DNA of 64,000 bases from Syntrophales bacterium (GTDB lineage Bacteria; Desulfobacterota; Syntrophia; Syntrophales; Fen-1087), in assembly GCA_034678725.1 (NCBI GenBank), contig JAXDBM010000045.1:6321-70320 (forward strand), given 5' to 3'. Below the pieces are notes generated by a model. It did no database searches. It was given only the letters and a program-made list of their open reading frames with translations, and was not told the DNA's origin. The position numbers and the translations under genes were made by a program. This document shows, piece after piece, positions 36,745-47,835 of this stretch (its first letter is position 1; each line of letters starts with the position of its first letter).

Positions 36745-37230
36745 ATGTTCAAGGTAGGAGATTTGGCGGTATACCCCGCCCAGGGCGTGGGTGTCATCGA
36801 AGCGATCGAGAACAGGGAAATCATGGGAAACAGACGGTTGTTTTACGTGATGAAGATCATGGGGAACGGCATGAAAATCATGATTCCGATGGACGGCGCG
36901 GATGCGGTCGGTCTTCGGGGCGTGATTGACCAGGCGGAGATCCCCAAGGTATACGCGATTCTGAGAAACAAGGATGTAACGATCGACAAGCAGACCTGGA
37001 ACAAGAGATACCGGGAGTATCTCGAAAAGATCAAGACCGGTTCGGTCTTCGAAATTGCCCGGGTCCTGCGGGATCTGTTCATTCTGAAAAGCGACAAAAA
37101 TCTTTCCTTCGGTGAAAGGAAGATGATGGATACGGCCAAAAGCCTGCTCATCAAGGAAATCTCGGTAGCCAGCAATTCCGAGGAAACAAAAATCGAGCAG
37201 GATCTCAAGATGATCTTTCCGATTCAGTGA
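36745..37230 (+). CDS. carD: CarD/CdnL-family RNA-polymerase-binding transcription regulator
   Basis: MFKVGDLAVYPAQGVGVIEAIE...FYVMKI matches the N-terminal Tudor-like domain. Confidence 0.9.
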   Translation: MFKVGDLAVYPAQGVGVIEAIENREIMGNRRLFYVMKIMGNGMKIMIPMDGADAVGLRGVIDQAEIPKVYAILRNKDVTIDKQTWNKRYREYLEKIKTGSVFEIARVLRDLFILKSDKNLSFGERKMMDTAKSLLIKEISVASNSEETKIEQDLKMIFPIQ

Positions 37231-37292
37231 ATCGTTTCGCCCGGTGGCGGATCGACATGCTTAAATTCTCGAAGAGAAAGGAGGTGATTTGA

Positions 37293-38309
37293 ATGATTGT
37301 ACGGATTCTGTTGGTGTTGGCCTGTTCCCTGAGCGGTCTTTTCATTGCCTACAACTATTATGGGTTTCCCATCGCTTTGATCGGATTAATTGCAGGTTTC
37401 TTGATTGCCTTATTTGTCATACATATTGAAGAGGCGATCCGGAAGGTGTCCCTCCGGATCATTTTCGGTGGCGTGGTCGGCATGATCGTCGGCCTGGTGA
37501 TCGCTTTCCTGATGGCCTATGGCTTGAATTTCGTCAGCAACATCATGGAAAAGCAACAGATCGTGCCATGGATCTACACGCTGTTGACGGGCATCATGGC
37601 CTATCTCGGCCTTTTGATCGGGTCCAAGAAAATCGAAGAGTTCAGTTTTTTCGGTCTGGGCCAGCAGAAGGACAGCGGCGATATTCGCATCGTCGACACC
37701 AGCGTCATCATTGACGGCCGGATCGCCGACATTGCGGACACCGGTTTTCTGCAGGGCAACCTGATCGTGCCTCGCTTTGTTCTCGACGAGCTGCAGTACA
37801 TTGCCGATTCCTCCGACGCCATGAAGCGGTCGCGGGGCAGGCGGGGGCTGGACATTCTGAACCGAATGCAGAGAGGCGTGGGCGTGAACATCGAAATCAG
37901 CGACCATGACTTCCCGAAGCTCAAGGGCGTGGATGCGAAACTGGTGGCCCTGGCGAAAAAGTTGAATGCCAAGATCATTACCAATGATTTCAACCTGAAC
38001 AAGGTTGCGGAGCTTCAGGGCATCAAAATCCTGAACGTCAATGAATTGGCCAATGCCCTGAAACCGGTTGTGCTGCCCGGAGAGAGCATGACGGTCAAGA
38101 TCATCAAGGAGGGAAAGGAACCCGGTCAGGGTGTTGCCTACCTGGACGACGGGACGATGATTATCGTGGACAATGCCCAGAAGCATCAGGGGTCCAGTGT
38201 CGAGGTGCTGGTGACCAGCGTGCTCCAGACAACCGCCGGCAGGATGATCTTCTCGGAGCTCAAAGGGGGTCAGCCTGAAAAGAAGGTTTACGGAGTGAAT
38301 GCCAGATAG
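37293..38309 (+). CDS. Membrane-anchored PIN/TRAM-domain protein (YacL-like)
   Basis: N-terminal TM helices, a PIN domain (IVDTSVIIDGRI), and a C-terminal TRAM domain (MTVKIIKEGKEPGQGVAYLDDGTMIIV). Confidence 0.85.
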   Translation: MIVRILLVLACSLSGLFIAYNYYGFPIALIGLIAGFLIALFVIHIEEAIRKVSLRIIFGGVVGMIVGLVIAFLMAYGLNFVSNIMEKQQIVPWIYTLLTGIMAYLGLLIGSKKIEEFSFFGLGQQKDSGDIRIVDTSVIIDGRIADIADTGFLQGNLIVPRFVLDELQYIADSSDAMKRSRGRRGLDILNRMQRGVGVNIEISDHDFPKLKGVDAKLVALAKKLNAKIITNDFNLNKVAELQGIKILNVNELANALKPVVLPGESMTVKIIKEGKEPGQGVAYLDDGTMIIVDNAQKHQGSSVEVLVTSVLQTTAGRMIFSELKGGQPEKKVYGVNAR

Positions 38310-38321
38310 CCCTGTCAGCAG

Positions 38322-38353
38322 AGCCCGGGAAGTTCGAAATCCCGGGCTTTTTT
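38322..38353 (+). terminator. Rho-independent terminator or attenuator between the PIN/TRAM gene and ispD
   Basis: AGCCCGGGA-(9 nt)-TCCCGGGCT followed by TTTTT. Confidence 0.75.
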
Positions 38354-38384
38354 ATGGCCCGGTCATCACCGGGATTCATCTGGA

Positions 38385-39086
38385 ATGAAGAATGTCGCCA
38401 TTATCCCCGCCGGGGGGTCGGGAAAGAGGATCAACAGCCGCCTGCCCAAACAGTATCTGCCCGTCGGCGGCAGTCCTCTCCTTGTCCATACCATCGAAGT
38501 CTTTCAGCGTTCGCCGCTGATTCATGACATTCTGCTGGTTGTGCCGCCGGAAGATGTTCGCCGGGTCCGGTCGCGGTTCGTGGCGCCCTACGGCTTTTCC
38601 AAGGTCAGCCGGGTTCTCGGCGGGGGCGGCGAGCGGCAGGATTCGGTTCGGAACGGTCTGGATGCGTTGGGCGATGACTGCGACATCGTGCTGATCCATG
38701 ACGGCGTTCGGCCGTTCGTTTCGGGCAGACTGATCCGCCTGATCATCCGGGAAGCGGCGGCCCATGGGGCGGCGACGGCGGGCGTGCCGGTCAAGGAGAC
38801 GGTCAAGCGCGTGGATGGAGGGGGATGCGTCCTGGAAACGGTCGACCGGCGGGCCTTGTGGCTGGCGCAGACCCCGCAGGCTTTCCGGCGAGCGGTCATC
38901 CTCGAAGCGCATCGCAGGGCCCTTCGGGATCGCTTTTACGGGACGGATGACGCCTCCCTGGTCGAGCGGATGGGGCATCCGGTTCGAATGGTCCCGGCGA
39001 CCTCTGAAAACATCAAAATCACGACGCGGGAGGATCTGCGGCTGGCCGAGTTCCTGATCGGGGCGCGGAAGGGAAAAGTTCCATGA
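38385..39086 (+). CDS. ispD: 2-C-methyl-D-erythritol 4-phosphate cytidylyltransferase
   Basis: AIIPAGGSGKR, LVHDGVRPF and TDDASLVE. Confidence 0.9.
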   Translation: MKNVAIIPAGGSGKRINSRLPKQYLPVGGSPLLVHTIEVFQRSPLIHDILLVVPPEDVRRVRSRFVAPYGFSKVSRVLGGGGERQDSVRNGLDALGDDCDIVLIHDGVRPFVSGRLIRLIIREAAAHGAATAGVPVKETVKRVDGGGCVLETVDRRALWLAQTPQAFRRAVILEAHRRALRDRFYGTDDASLVERMGHPVRMVPATSENIKITTREDLRLAEFLIGARKGKVP

Positions 39087-39565
39087 GAACCGGTTTGGGG
39101 TATGACAGCCACCGCCTGGTGGCGGGAAGGCGGTTCGTGCTCGGCGGGGTGGAAATTCCCCACGACAAGGGCCTGGAAGGCCATTCCGATGCGGATGCCC
39201 TTGTCCATGCGGTCTGCGATGCGATTCTGGGCGCTATGGCTGCCGGAGACATCGGCCGGCATTTCCCGGATACGGATCCGCGCTACAGGGACATATCCAG
39301 TGTGCGGCTGCTCGAACGGGTGCGGGCGATCGGTGAAGAGAAGGGCTTCCAGGTTCACAACATCGATGCGACCGTCATCCTGGAGAAGCCGAGGCTTGCA
39401 CAGTACATTGACCGGATGTGCCTGAATATCGCGAAGGCGCTGAACATCGCCGCAGACCTTGTGAGCGTGAAGGCCAAGACCAATGAGGGGATGGGCTTCG
39501 CAGGCCGTCGGGAAGGGGTTGCCGCCCTTGCCGTTGCGACGGTCAAGCGGAAGGGGGTTGCATGA
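39083..39565 (+). CDS. ispF: 2-C-methyl-D-erythritol 2,4-cyclodiphosphate synthase
   Basis: RTGLGYDSHRL and GHSDADALVHA. It overlaps ispD by 4 nt. Confidence 0.95.
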   Translation: MRTGLGYDSHRLVAGRRFVLGGVEIPHDKGLEGHSDADALVHAVCDAILGAMAAGDIGRHFPDTDPRYRDISSVRLLERVRAIGEEKGFQVHNIDATVILEKPRLAQYIDRMCLNIAKALNIAADLVSVKAKTNEGMGFAGRREGVAALAVATVKRKGVA

Positions 39566-41025
39566 CCTTCAAGCGGCCGAGGGTTCGGTTTGCGCCTTCC
39601 CCCACCGGCGATCTTCATGTCGGCAATGCCAGAACGGCCCTGTTCAACTGGCTGTATGCCAGACGATACGGCGGCGACTTCATCCTCCGCATCGAGGATA
39701 CGGATCCGCTCCGTGCGACCGAAGCATTCGCGGCCGGCATTCGGGAGGACCTGGAATGGCTCTCCATCGACTGGGACGAGGGCCCGGGCAGGGGCGGGCA
39801 CTGCGGGCCCTACCGGCAGAGCGAGCGGGGAGACCTCTACGCGCTTTTCCTGAAAAAGCTCATTGCCACGGGCCGCGTGTACCCCTGCTACTGCACCGAG
39901 GAGGATCTGGAAGCCGAGCGGGACGAACTGATTTTCAGGAAGATGACGCCACGCTACATGGGCCGGTGCAGGAGCCTGAGTGCCGAAGCCAGGAAAAGTC
40001 TGGAGGCGGCGGGAAGAAGGCCATCCTACCGCTTCCAGGTGGGATCGGGACAGATCGCCTTTCGGGATCTGATCCGCGGCGCCATGAAATTCGACGCCGA
40101 GGCGATGGGAGATTTCATCATCGTCCGCTCCAACGGGATCCCCGCCTACAATTTTGCGGTGGTCGTCGATGATCATCTGATGCGGATCTCCCACGTCATC
40201 CGGGGTGAGGATCACCTCTCCAACACGGCCCTGCAGATGCTCATCTATCAGGCGCTCGAACTCACGCCGCCCCAGTTCGCCCACCACGCGCTCATTCTGG
40301 GGAAAGACCGGTCCAAGCTGAGCAAGCGCCACGGATCGGTCGCCGTGCGGGAGTTCAGGGAAAAAGGGATCCTGCCGGAAGCGCTTCTCAACTACCTCTC
40401 GCTGCTGGGCGGCTCCCTCGGAGCCGGCCGGGAAGTCTGTTCCCGGGAGGAACTCGTGGCCGCTTTCACGCTGGACAGGGCCGGAAAGAGCGGCGCGATT
40501 TTCGATGAGGAAAAGCTGGGATGGCTCAACGGCCTTTATATCAGGAAGACCGACCCTCACCGGCTGACCGAGCGGCTGCTCCCCTTCATGCGGGCCGCGG
40601 GTTACGGCGTCGACCGTCTGGATTTATCTTGGTTGCAGCGGGTGGTGGACGCGGTCCGGGACGACCTGGCGACCCTTTCGGACATCGGGGCGCACATCGA
40701 CATCTTCTTCGACGAGAGGTTCGCCCTTTCCACGGAAGCCCGTCAGGTCCTGAGACAGGATGATGCCCAGGCTGTCGTCCGACGGCTGCGGGAAGCGCTG
40801 GAGCGGTATGAGGATCGGGGCGAGGGTTTCTACGGGGACGCGACCGCGGCGATTCGCGCTGCGACGGGATTTCAGGGAAAGAAACTCTTCCTGCCCATCC
40901 GGGCCGCTGTGACCGGAAAGACGCGGGGTCCCGAACTGGGAAAGATATTTCCCCTTCTGAATCGGGAATCGCTACTGTTCCGAATCGAAAAAGCGGCCAG
41001 CGAATGTCATGATTCGAGTCGCTGA
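39562..41025 (+). CDS. gltX: Glutamate--tRNA ligase
   Basis: RFAPSPTGDLHVGNARTALFNW (HIGH) and KLSKRHG (KMSKS). Confidence 0.95.
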   Translation: MTFKRPRVRFAPSPTGDLHVGNARTALFNWLYARRYGGDFILRIEDTDPLRATEAFAAGIREDLEWLSIDWDEGPGRGGHCGPYRQSERGDLYALFLKKLIATGRVYPCYCTEEDLEAERDELIFRKMTPRYMGRCRSLSAEARKSLEAAGRRPSYRFQVGSGQIAFRDLIRGAMKFDAEAMGDFIIVRSNGIPAYNFAVVVDDHLMRISHVIRGEDHLSNTALQMLIYQALELTPPQFAHHALILGKDRSKLSKRHGSVAVREFREKGILPEALLNYLSLLGGSLGAGREVCSREELVAAFTLDRAGKSGAIFDEEKLGWLNGLYIRKTDPHRLTERLLPFMRAAGYGVDRLDLSWLQRVVDAVRDDLATLSDIGAHIDIFFDERFALSTEARQVLRQDDAQAVVRRLREALERYEDRGEGFYGDATAAIRAATGFQGKKLFLPIRAAVTGKTRGPELGKIFPLLNRESLLFRIEKAASECHDSSR

Positions 41026-41072
41026 CCGCTTCCGTCGGACGGCAATTTTCCGATGTATCTCCCCGAGCTCCT

Positions 41073-42641
41073 CTACAGCGGAATGTTGTTGTGCTTTTTC
41101 GGCAGCCGGACCTCGCTCTTGTCCTTCAGCGCATCGAGAAGAACAGCCACGCGCTTCCGAGTGTCCCGCGGAACGATGATTTCCTCGATGATGCCCATAC
41201 TGGCCGCAAAGTAGGGATTGTTGAACTGGTCTTCATAGGAAGCCACCAGTTCCGCGCGCCTGGCCGCGGGATCCGGCGCCGAGGATATTTCCCGGCGATA
41301 GACGATGTTGCAGGCCCCCTCCGCGCCCATGACGGCGATTTCCGCGGAGGGCCAGGCCATAACGTAATCAGCCCCCAGGTACTTGCTGCACATCCCGATA
41401 TAGGCTCCGCCGTAATCCTTGCGGGTGACCACGGTCAGTTTCGGAACCGTGGCTTCCGAGTAGGCGTGCAGAAGCTTGGCGCCGTGGCTGATGATGCCCG
41501 ACCATTCCTGATTGGTGCCGGGCATGTATCCGGGAACATCCGCAAAGGTCAGCAGGGGAATGTTGAAGGCGTCGCAGAAGCGGATGAAGCGGGATGCCTT
41601 GTCGGAGGCGTTGACGTCCAAAACGCCTGCCCCGAATTTCGGGTTGTTTGCGATGACGCCCACCGTCCGGCCCATGATCCGGATGAAGGCCACCAGCATG
41701 TTCTTGGCCCACAATTCGTGGGGTTCGAAGATCTCGCCGCCGTCCGCCACGGCCATGACCACTTTTTTCATGTCGTAGCCGCGCGTCGCCTTGTCCGGTA
41801 TGATTCCGTCCAGTTCCGGGCATTCCCGGTCCGGGCTGTCGGCGCAGTTCGCGACCGGCATCGGGCCGTGGCAACTGTCCGGCAGGTATGAGAGGAGCGT
41901 CTTGACCTTGTTGATGCAGTCTTCATCGTTTTCCGTCGCGAAATGGCAGACGCCGCTCTTGGATGCATGCGCCACGGCTCCCCCCAGTTCGTCATGGGTG
42001 ACTTCCTCGCCGATCACGGCCTTGATGACGTCCGGGCCGGTGATGTACATGTAGCTGCTCTTTTTCACCATGAAGACCCAGTCCGTCAGTGCCGGGGAAT
42101 AAACGGCGCCACCCGCCGTCGGTCCCATGATGGCCGTGATCTGGGGAATGTAACCGGAGCCGATGGTGTTCCGGTAAAAAATACCGCCGTAGCCGTCCAG
42201 CGCCGGCACCCCTTCCTGAATGCGGGCTCCGCCGGAGTCGTTCAACGATACGAAGGGTTTCCGGGCGTCAAGGGCCATATCCATGATTTTCCAGATCTTT
42301 CTGGCGTGCATCTCCCCCAGGCTGCCGCCGGAGCTGGTAAAGTCCTGCGCGGCGGCGAAAACCGTCCGGCCGTTGACCTTTCCGAAGCCGGTGATGACGC
42401 CGTCGGCATTGATTTCCTTCTTGTCCAAGCCGAAGAGCTGCGAACGGTGTTTTACGAAGAGCTGGACCTCCTGAAATGTGCCCTTGTCGTAAAAAAGATC
42501 GAGCCTTTCCCGGGCCGTCATCTTTCCCAGTTCATGCTGTTTGGTGATCATCTTTTCTCCGCCCATCTTCAATAAGGCGTCTTTCCTGGCCTCAAATGCC
42601 TGAATTTTTGCCTGCGTTCCCTTGGGTTGCTCTTTTTCCAT
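41073..42641 (-). CDS. Acyl-CoA carboxyltransferase subunit (propionyl-CoA carboxylase beta / methylmalonyl-CoA decarboxylase alpha family)
   Basis: 522 aa with both carboxyltransferase halves (DSGGARIQEG and GGAYIGMCS). Confidence 0.9.
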   Translation of the reverse strand: MEKEQPKGTQAKIQAFEARKDALLKMGGEKMITKQHELGKMTARERLDLFYDKGTFQEVQLFVKHRSQLFGLDKKEINADGVITGFGKVNGRTVFAAAQDFTSSGGSLGEMHARKIWKIMDMALDARKPFVSLNDSGGARIQEGVPALDGYGGIFYRNTIGSGYIPQITAIMGPTAGGAVYSPALTDWVFMVKKSSYMYITGPDVIKAVIGEEVTHDELGGAVAHASKSGVCHFATENDEDCINKVKTLLSYLPDSCHGPMPVANCADSPDRECPELDGIIPDKATRGYDMKKVVMAVADGGEIFEPHELWAKNMLVAFIRIMGRTVGVIANNPKFGAGVLDVNASDKASRFIRFCDAFNIPLLTFADVPGYMPGTNQEWSGIISHGAKLLHAYSEATVPKLTVVTRKDYGGAYIGMCSKYLGADYVMAWPSAEIAVMGAEGACNIVYRREISSAPDPAARRAELVASYEDQFNNPYFAASMGIIEEIIVPRDTRKRVAVLLDALKDKSEVRLPKKHNNIPL

Positions 42642-42907
42642 AACCGTTTCCTTCTCCTTATGTTATTGAAATGAAATCATTTATTGTGGCGGCGGGATCG
42701 GATCGGACAGAATCGGCAGAGGCTGATTTCTATCTTGACCAGAATGTCACGGTGCGTTATAGGAAATCCGCTTTCAAGCGCCTCTCCGGAGCCTCGATAC
42801 GACTTAAACCGGAAATCGAAAGCAAGGTCGCTTTTGCATGCCTCATGCTCAGCCGACGATTCGGCGCGCCTCATACCATGTTTGGCGAAAAGTTGCAAGG
42901 AGGATCA

Positions 42908-44101
42908 ATGAAATTTATCGATGAATTGGACATCAAGGGGAAACGGGTTCTGTTCCGGTTTGATTTCAATGTTCCTTTGGACGGCAATTTGAAAATCACC
43001 GACGACACCCGAATCCGGGCGGTCCTGCCCACCCTCAACCACGCCCTGGACGAAAATGCAAAAGTCATCATCACTTCGCACCTCGGTCGGCCCAAGGGGA
43101 AGGTCCAGCCCCAGTTCAGTCTGGCCCCGGTTGCCAAGCGGCTGTCCCGGCTTCTGAACAAGGAGGTGATCCTGACGGGCGACTGCATCGGCCCCGATGT
43201 GATGGCGCTGGTGAGCGCCATGAAGCCCGGCGACATCATTCTCCTGGAAAACCTTCGCTTCCATCCGGAAGAGGAGAAGAATGACGACGGATTCGCGAAA
43301 GAGCTGGCCGGTCTGGCCGAAGTGTATGTGGACGATGCTTTCGGCAATGCCCACCGCAGCCACGCATCCAACGTGGGCATCACCAAATTCGTCAGGGCCT
43401 GCGGCGCCGGTTTCCTGATCAAGAAAGAGCTGAGCTACCTGAAACAGGCGGTGGAGAAGCCGGCCCGGCCCTTCGTCGCGATCATCGGCGGGTCGAAGGT
43501 ATCGGGGAAACTGGAGGCGCTGGTCAACCTGATCGAGAAGGTGGACAAGATGATCATCGGCGGCGGGATGGCTTTCACCTTTCTCAAGGCCCTGGGTTAC
43601 GGTGTCGGCCGGTCGATCGTCGAGGACGACCTGATCGGCAAGGCGCTGCAGGTGATGGAGACGGCCAGGAAACTGGGGGTCAAGATGTACCTGCCCGTCG
43701 ACTGCGTGATCGCGGAGGAGATGAGCGCGGACGCGGAGAGCAAGATCGTGCCGGTCCAGGAGATCAACGGGCACTGGATGGGCCTGGACATCGGTCCCGC
43801 GACGATCACGCTGTTCACGGAGGCGCTGAGCAATGCCAAGACCATCGTATGGAACGGACCGATGGGCGTCTTCGAGATCGACGCATTCGGAAGGGGGACC
43901 GCTGCGCTGGTCCACAGCGTTGCCAATTCCTATGCCATGACCATCGTCGGCGGCGGCGATACGGATGTCGCCGTCCACAAGACCGGCGAGAGCGACAAGA
44001 TCACGTTCATTTCCACCGGCGGCGGGGCGTCCCTGGAGCTGTTGGAGGGCAAGATCCTGCCGGCAATCCAGGCGCTGGAAACCTGCGGCGGCGGGGCTTA
44101 A
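42908..44101 (+). CDS. pgk: Phosphoglycerate kinase
   Basis: [22 protein letters not shown] and [12 protein letters not shown] at 42908 follows AAGGAGG. The track ORF extension is rejected. Confidence 0.95.
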   Translation: MKFIDELDIKGKRVLFRFDFNVPLDGNLKITDDTRIRAVLPTLNHALDENAKVIITSHLGRPKGKVQPQFSLAPVAKRLSRLLNKEVILTGDCIGPDVMALVSAMKPGDIILLENLRFHPEEEKNDDGFAKELAGLAEVYVDDAFGNAHRSHASNVGITKFVRACGAGFLIKKELSYLKQAVEKPARPFVAIIGGSKVSGKLEALVNLIEKVDKMIIGGGMAFTFLKALGYGVGRSIVEDDLIGKALQVMETARKLGVKMYLPVDCVIAEEMSADAESKIVPVQEINGHWMGLDIGPATITLFTEALSNAKTIVWNGPMGVFEIDAFGRGTAALVHSVANSYAMTIVGGGDTDVAVHKTGESDKITFISTGGGASLELLEGKILPAIQALETCGGGA

Positions 44102-44125
44102 TCGACATGTGGCCATAGACCATGC

Positions 44126-44154
44126 AAAAGGGGAAGATCATCTTCCCCTTTTTT
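44126..44154 (+). terminator. Rho-independent terminator after pgk
   Basis: GGGGAAGA-TCA-TCTTCCCC followed by TTTTTT. Confidence 0.85.
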
Positions 44155-44196
44155 GCTGTTTTCAATCCGGACATTCTTCCTCCCCGGGGCGGGGCC

Positions 44197-44937
44197 ATGA
44201 CGCGCAACATCAGGATGACGCTCGAATATGACGGGTCGAACTATCACGGCTGGCAGCGCCAGAAAAACGGCCTGTCCATTCAGCAGGTTCTGGAGGAGAA
44301 GATTGCCGTCATGACCGGGGAAGCGGTCCGCGTGATCGGCTCGGGACGGACCGATGCCGGTGTTCATGCCCTGGGCCAGGTCGCACATTTCCGGACGGCG
44401 TCATCCATTCGGGAGTTCAATCTCCTGGGCGGGCTCAACAGCCTTTTGCCCCGGGATATCGTGATCCGGGATTTGCGGGAGGTGGATGCCTCCTTTCACG
44501 CACGCTACGATGCGAAAAGCAAGGTTTATCTGTATCAGGTCCATAACCGGCCCGTCCGTCCGGCACTGTTCCGGCAGTATGCCTGGTTTGTGCCGGGAGC
44601 GCTCGACTTCGGCATGATGCAGGAGGCCGCGCACCTCTTCGAGGGGACGCACGATTTCTCGTCGTTCTGCTCCACCCACACCGATTCCCCCGATCGCATC
44701 CGCACGATCACGGGCGTCCGGATCGGCGCGGATGCCGGCAGTCTGGTCCGGATTGAAATCGAGGCGGACGGCTTTCTGCGATACATGGTCAGAGGCATCG
44801 TGGGAGTGCTCGTGGATGCGGGCAGGGGAAAACGGACCCTGCCGGAATTGCGGCAGATCATGGAGGCGAAAGACCGCCGGTGCGGCGGCGCCACGGCGCC
44901 GGCACACGGGCTGTTTCTGAAGGAAGTCCGCTACTGA
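44197..44937 (+). CDS. truA: tRNA pseudouridine(38-40) synthase
   Basis: LEYDGSNYHGWQRQ and the catalytic GSGRTDAGVHA. Confidence 0.95.
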   Translation: MTRNIRMTLEYDGSNYHGWQRQKNGLSIQQVLEEKIAVMTGEAVRVIGSGRTDAGVHALGQVAHFRTASSIREFNLLGGLNSLLPRDIVIRDLREVDASFHARYDAKSKVYLYQVHNRPVRPALFRQYAWFVPGALDFGMMQEAAHLFEGTHDFSSFCSTHTDSPDRIRTITGVRIGADAGSLVRIEIEADGFLRYMVRGIVGVLVDAGRGKRTLPELRQIMEAKDRRCGGATAPAHGLFLKEVRY

Positions 44938-45067
44938 TGAAGGCATTCGCGGCGGGCCGTGCCGGCTCCCACAGGCTGCGACGCCTGCAGGGCGGCGTGT
45001 TCGGCCTGCACTTCAGCGAAGGGGAGCGGGAAAGCGGTTATGACATGGCGCGGAAAAGGAGTCTTTC

Positions 45068-46882
45068 TTGAGCGGTAAGATCGTCGTATTGCCGGAGGCC
45101 CTGACACACAAAATTGCAGCCGGAGAGGTCATCGAGCGGCCGGCTTCCATCGTGAAGGAACTTCTGGAAAACGCGCTGGATGCGGGGGCCACGGATGTCC
45201 GCGTCGAGCTGACCGGGGGCGGCTGCGGATCGATCCGCGTATCGGACAACGGCGGGGGGATCGATCCGTCCGACGTGCCGAAGGCCTTCGAACGTTACGC
45301 CACCAGCAAGATCTACGAATTCGACGACATCTACCGGGTGGAGACCTTCGGTTTCCGGGGGGAGGCGCTCCCCAGCATCGCCTCCATCGCCCGGGTCGAG
45401 ATGATCACCAGAAAAAGGGACCGGGTCTCCGGCACGCGGATCGTCGTCTCGGCCGGGCGGATCGAGGAAATATCCGACGCGGGCAGCCCGGGCGGAACGA
45501 CCATCACGGTCAGCCGGATTTTCGATCCGGTTCCGGTGCGCCGGAAATTCCTGAAATCCGAAGCGACGGAACAGGGATCCTGCGTCGACGTCATCACGCG
45601 GACGGCCCTTTCCTGTCCCTCCGTCCGGATCCAGGTGATGGCCGGCGGACGGGAAATTCTCAAAATCCCGTCCACGGCGGACGCATCGGAGCGGATCGCC
45701 CTGATCCTCGGGGCCGATTTTACGGATCACCTCGCGCCGGTGGAAGCCACGGAGGGGGGGGTGCGGATCAGCGGCTTCCTGTCCGGGCCGGACTACACGC
45801 GTTCCAACAGCAGGAACATTTACTGCTATGTCAACCGCCGCTATATTCGGGACTATCTGCTGAACCATGCGATCATGACCGCATACCGAAACGTGATCGC
45901 GGCGAAACGCTATCCGGCGGCGGTGCTGTCGCTCACCCTGCCTCCGGAGGAGGTCGACGTGAACGTCCACCCAGCCAAAATGGAGGTGCGCTTCCGCCGG
46001 CCGCGGGAAATCTACCGATTCGTCGTCGAATCCGCAGGCCGGACCCTCTCCGGCGCGGCTCTGTCGGCGGGGAAGCCAACCGCCTTTGCCCCGCCGGTGA
46101 TCGCCGCCCAGCTTTCCGGTTATCGCGAGCGCGTGGAGGAGGCCCTGAAGCGCTACACCCTGTCGACAGGACGGCAGAAGCTCCGTTTCGGCGCGTCGGC
46201 GCTGCCGGGACGGCCGAATGTTCCACCCGACACTCCGGGGCTGCCGGAGATTGCGGAAGCCTCCCCGTCCCTGAAGCGGAGTCCGTTTGCGTTCGCCAGT
46301 CTCGCCTTCATCGGCTCGTTTGCCGGGACGTATCTCCTTTTTTCCGGAGATTTTTCCGGCGGTGAACATCTGGTGATGCTGGATCAGCACGCCGCCCACG
46401 AAAGAATCCTTTTCGAACGGTTTGCGAAAAGCCAGGAGGGCGAAAAAATCCCGGGGCAGCGCCTGCTGATTCCGGAAGTCATTCACCTGACGCCGAAGAA
46501 TTCCGCCGCCCTTCAGGATGTGTTCCCGGTGTTTGAAAGAGCGGGGATCGAACTGGAGCCCTTCAGCGGAGACAGCGTCGTCCTCCGGTCCGTACCGGCC
46601 AACCTCGGCCATGAAGATGTCCAGATCGTCGTTCGGGATGCCCTGGATGCGTTCTCGGAATCGGGGCGGACGCTCAGCCTTCAGGAGCGGCAGGATGAAA
46701 TCATCAGGCTTATGGCCTGCCGGGGCGCCGTCAAGGCCAATCAGTCCCTCGGTCCTGCGGAAGTGGCCGCCCTGTGCGCGGACCTGGACCGGACACCCTT
46801 CTCCGCGACATGTCCACACGGCAGGCCGGTTTATGTGGTCCTGGATCGAAAAGAACTGGAAAAAATGTTCAAACGCAGATGA
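45068..46882 (+). CDS. mutL: DNA mismatch repair protein MutL
   Basis: IAAGEVIERPASIVKELLENALDAG and GFRGEAL. TTG start. Confidence 0.95.
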   Translation: MSGKIVVLPEALTHKIAAGEVIERPASIVKELLENALDAGATDVRVELTGGGCGSIRVSDNGGGIDPSDVPKAFERYATSKIYEFDDIYRVETFGFRGEALPSIASIARVEMITRKRDRVSGTRIVVSAGRIEEISDAGSPGGTTITVSRIFDPVPVRRKFLKSEATEQGSCVDVITRTALSCPSVRIQVMAGGREILKIPSTADASERIALILGADFTDHLAPVEATEGGVRISGFLSGPDYTRSNSRNIYCYVNRRYIRDYLLNHAIMTAYRNVIAAKRYPAAVLSLTLPPEEVDVNVHPAKMEVRFRRPREIYRFVVESAGRTLSGAALSAGKPTAFAPPVIAAQLSGYRERVEEALKRYTLSTGRQKLRFGASALPGRPNVPPDTPGLPEIAEASPSLKRSPFAFASLAFIGSFAGTYLLFSGDFSGGEHLVMLDQHAAHERILFERFAKSQEGEKIPGQRLLIPEVIHLTPKNSAALQDVFPVFERAGIELEPFSGDSVVLRSVPANLGHEDVQIVVRDALDAFSESGRTLSLQERQDEIIRLMACRGAVKANQSLGPAEVAALCADLDRTPFSATCPHGRPVYVVLDRKELEKMFKRR

Positions 46883-47835
46883 CCCTTGTTTCTCACAGGC
46901 CGCGACTGATTGTCGTTGCCGGTCCGACCGGAGCGGGCAAGACTGGCCTGGCCGTTCGTCTGGCCCGTGCGCACGGCGGGGAGATCATCAGCGCCGACTC
47001 CATGCAGGTCTACCGCCACATGGACATCGGGACGGCCAAACCCACACCTGCGGAGAGAGGGCGGATCCGTCATCACCTGATCGATGTGGTCGATCCGGAT
47101 GAGCCCTTCAGCGCCGCCCGGTTCGTGCGGCATGCCCGGATCATCATCCGGGACCTGCACCTTTCGAAAACGCCCGTCTTCGTGGTCGGCGGGACGGGCC
47201 TCTACATTCGGGCCCTGCTGGGCGGTCTTTTCGACGGGCCGGACGCGAACGAGAATCTGAGGGTCTTCTATCGGGCGGAACAGGCCCGGTACGGGAAGGC
47301 CTACCTCCATGAGAAGCTGAAGCGGGTCGATGCAAAAGCGGCGGCCCGGATCCAGCCGAACGACACGGTCCGCATCATTCGAGCCCTCGAGGTCCTGGAG
47401 GCGAGCGGCCAGTCCATCACGGAGAAGCAGGCGGCGCACCGGTTCGGGGATCAGCCCTATGAGGCAATGCGCATCGGGCTCGTGCCGGAGCGGGACGAGC
47501 TCTACGAAGGAATCGACCGAAGGGCGGACCGGATGATCGCGGAGGGTCTGGTCGGAGAGGTTCAAAACCTGCTGGACCGGGGATACGGCGAGGCCCTGAA
47601 ACCGATGCAATCCCTGGGCTACCGGCATATGGTTCGCCACCTGAGGGGCGACTTCGATCTTTCGGAAGCCCTGCGTCTTTTGAAACGCGATACCCGGCGC
47701 TATGCAAAAAGGCAGATGACCTGGTTCGGCGCGGACCGGGAGATGACATGGTTCCACCCCGGCGACGGGGAGGCGCTGGATGAAAAAATCGATGCCTTTC
47801 TGTCATCCCCGGATGGCGCCCGCCGCTTCGTGTGA
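46879..47835 (+). CDS. miaA: tRNA dimethylallyltransferase
   Basis: The P-loop region LIVVAGPTGAGKT, then SADSMQVYRHMDIGTAKP. Its ATG overlaps the mutL stop. Confidence 0.95.
   Translation: MTLVSHRPRLIVVAGPTGAGKTGLAVRLARAHGGEIISADSMQVYRHMDIGTAKPTPAERGRIRHHLIDVVDPDEPFSAARFVRHARIIIRDLHLSKTPVFVVGGTGLYIRALLGGLFDGPDANENLRVFYRAEQARYGKAYLHEKLKRVDAKAAARIQPNDTVRIIRALEVLEASGQSITEKQAAHRFGDQPYEAMRIGLVPERDELYEGIDRRADRMIAEGLVGEVQNLLDRGYGEALKPMQSLGYRHMVRHLRGDFDLSEALRLLKRDTRRYAKRQMTWFGADREMTWFHPGDGEALDEKIDAFLSSPDGARRFV

Noticed and set aside
45038-46819. 593-aa minus-strand ORF
   Set aside because: It is antisense to mutL, which has the GHKL motifs. It is a shadow ORF.
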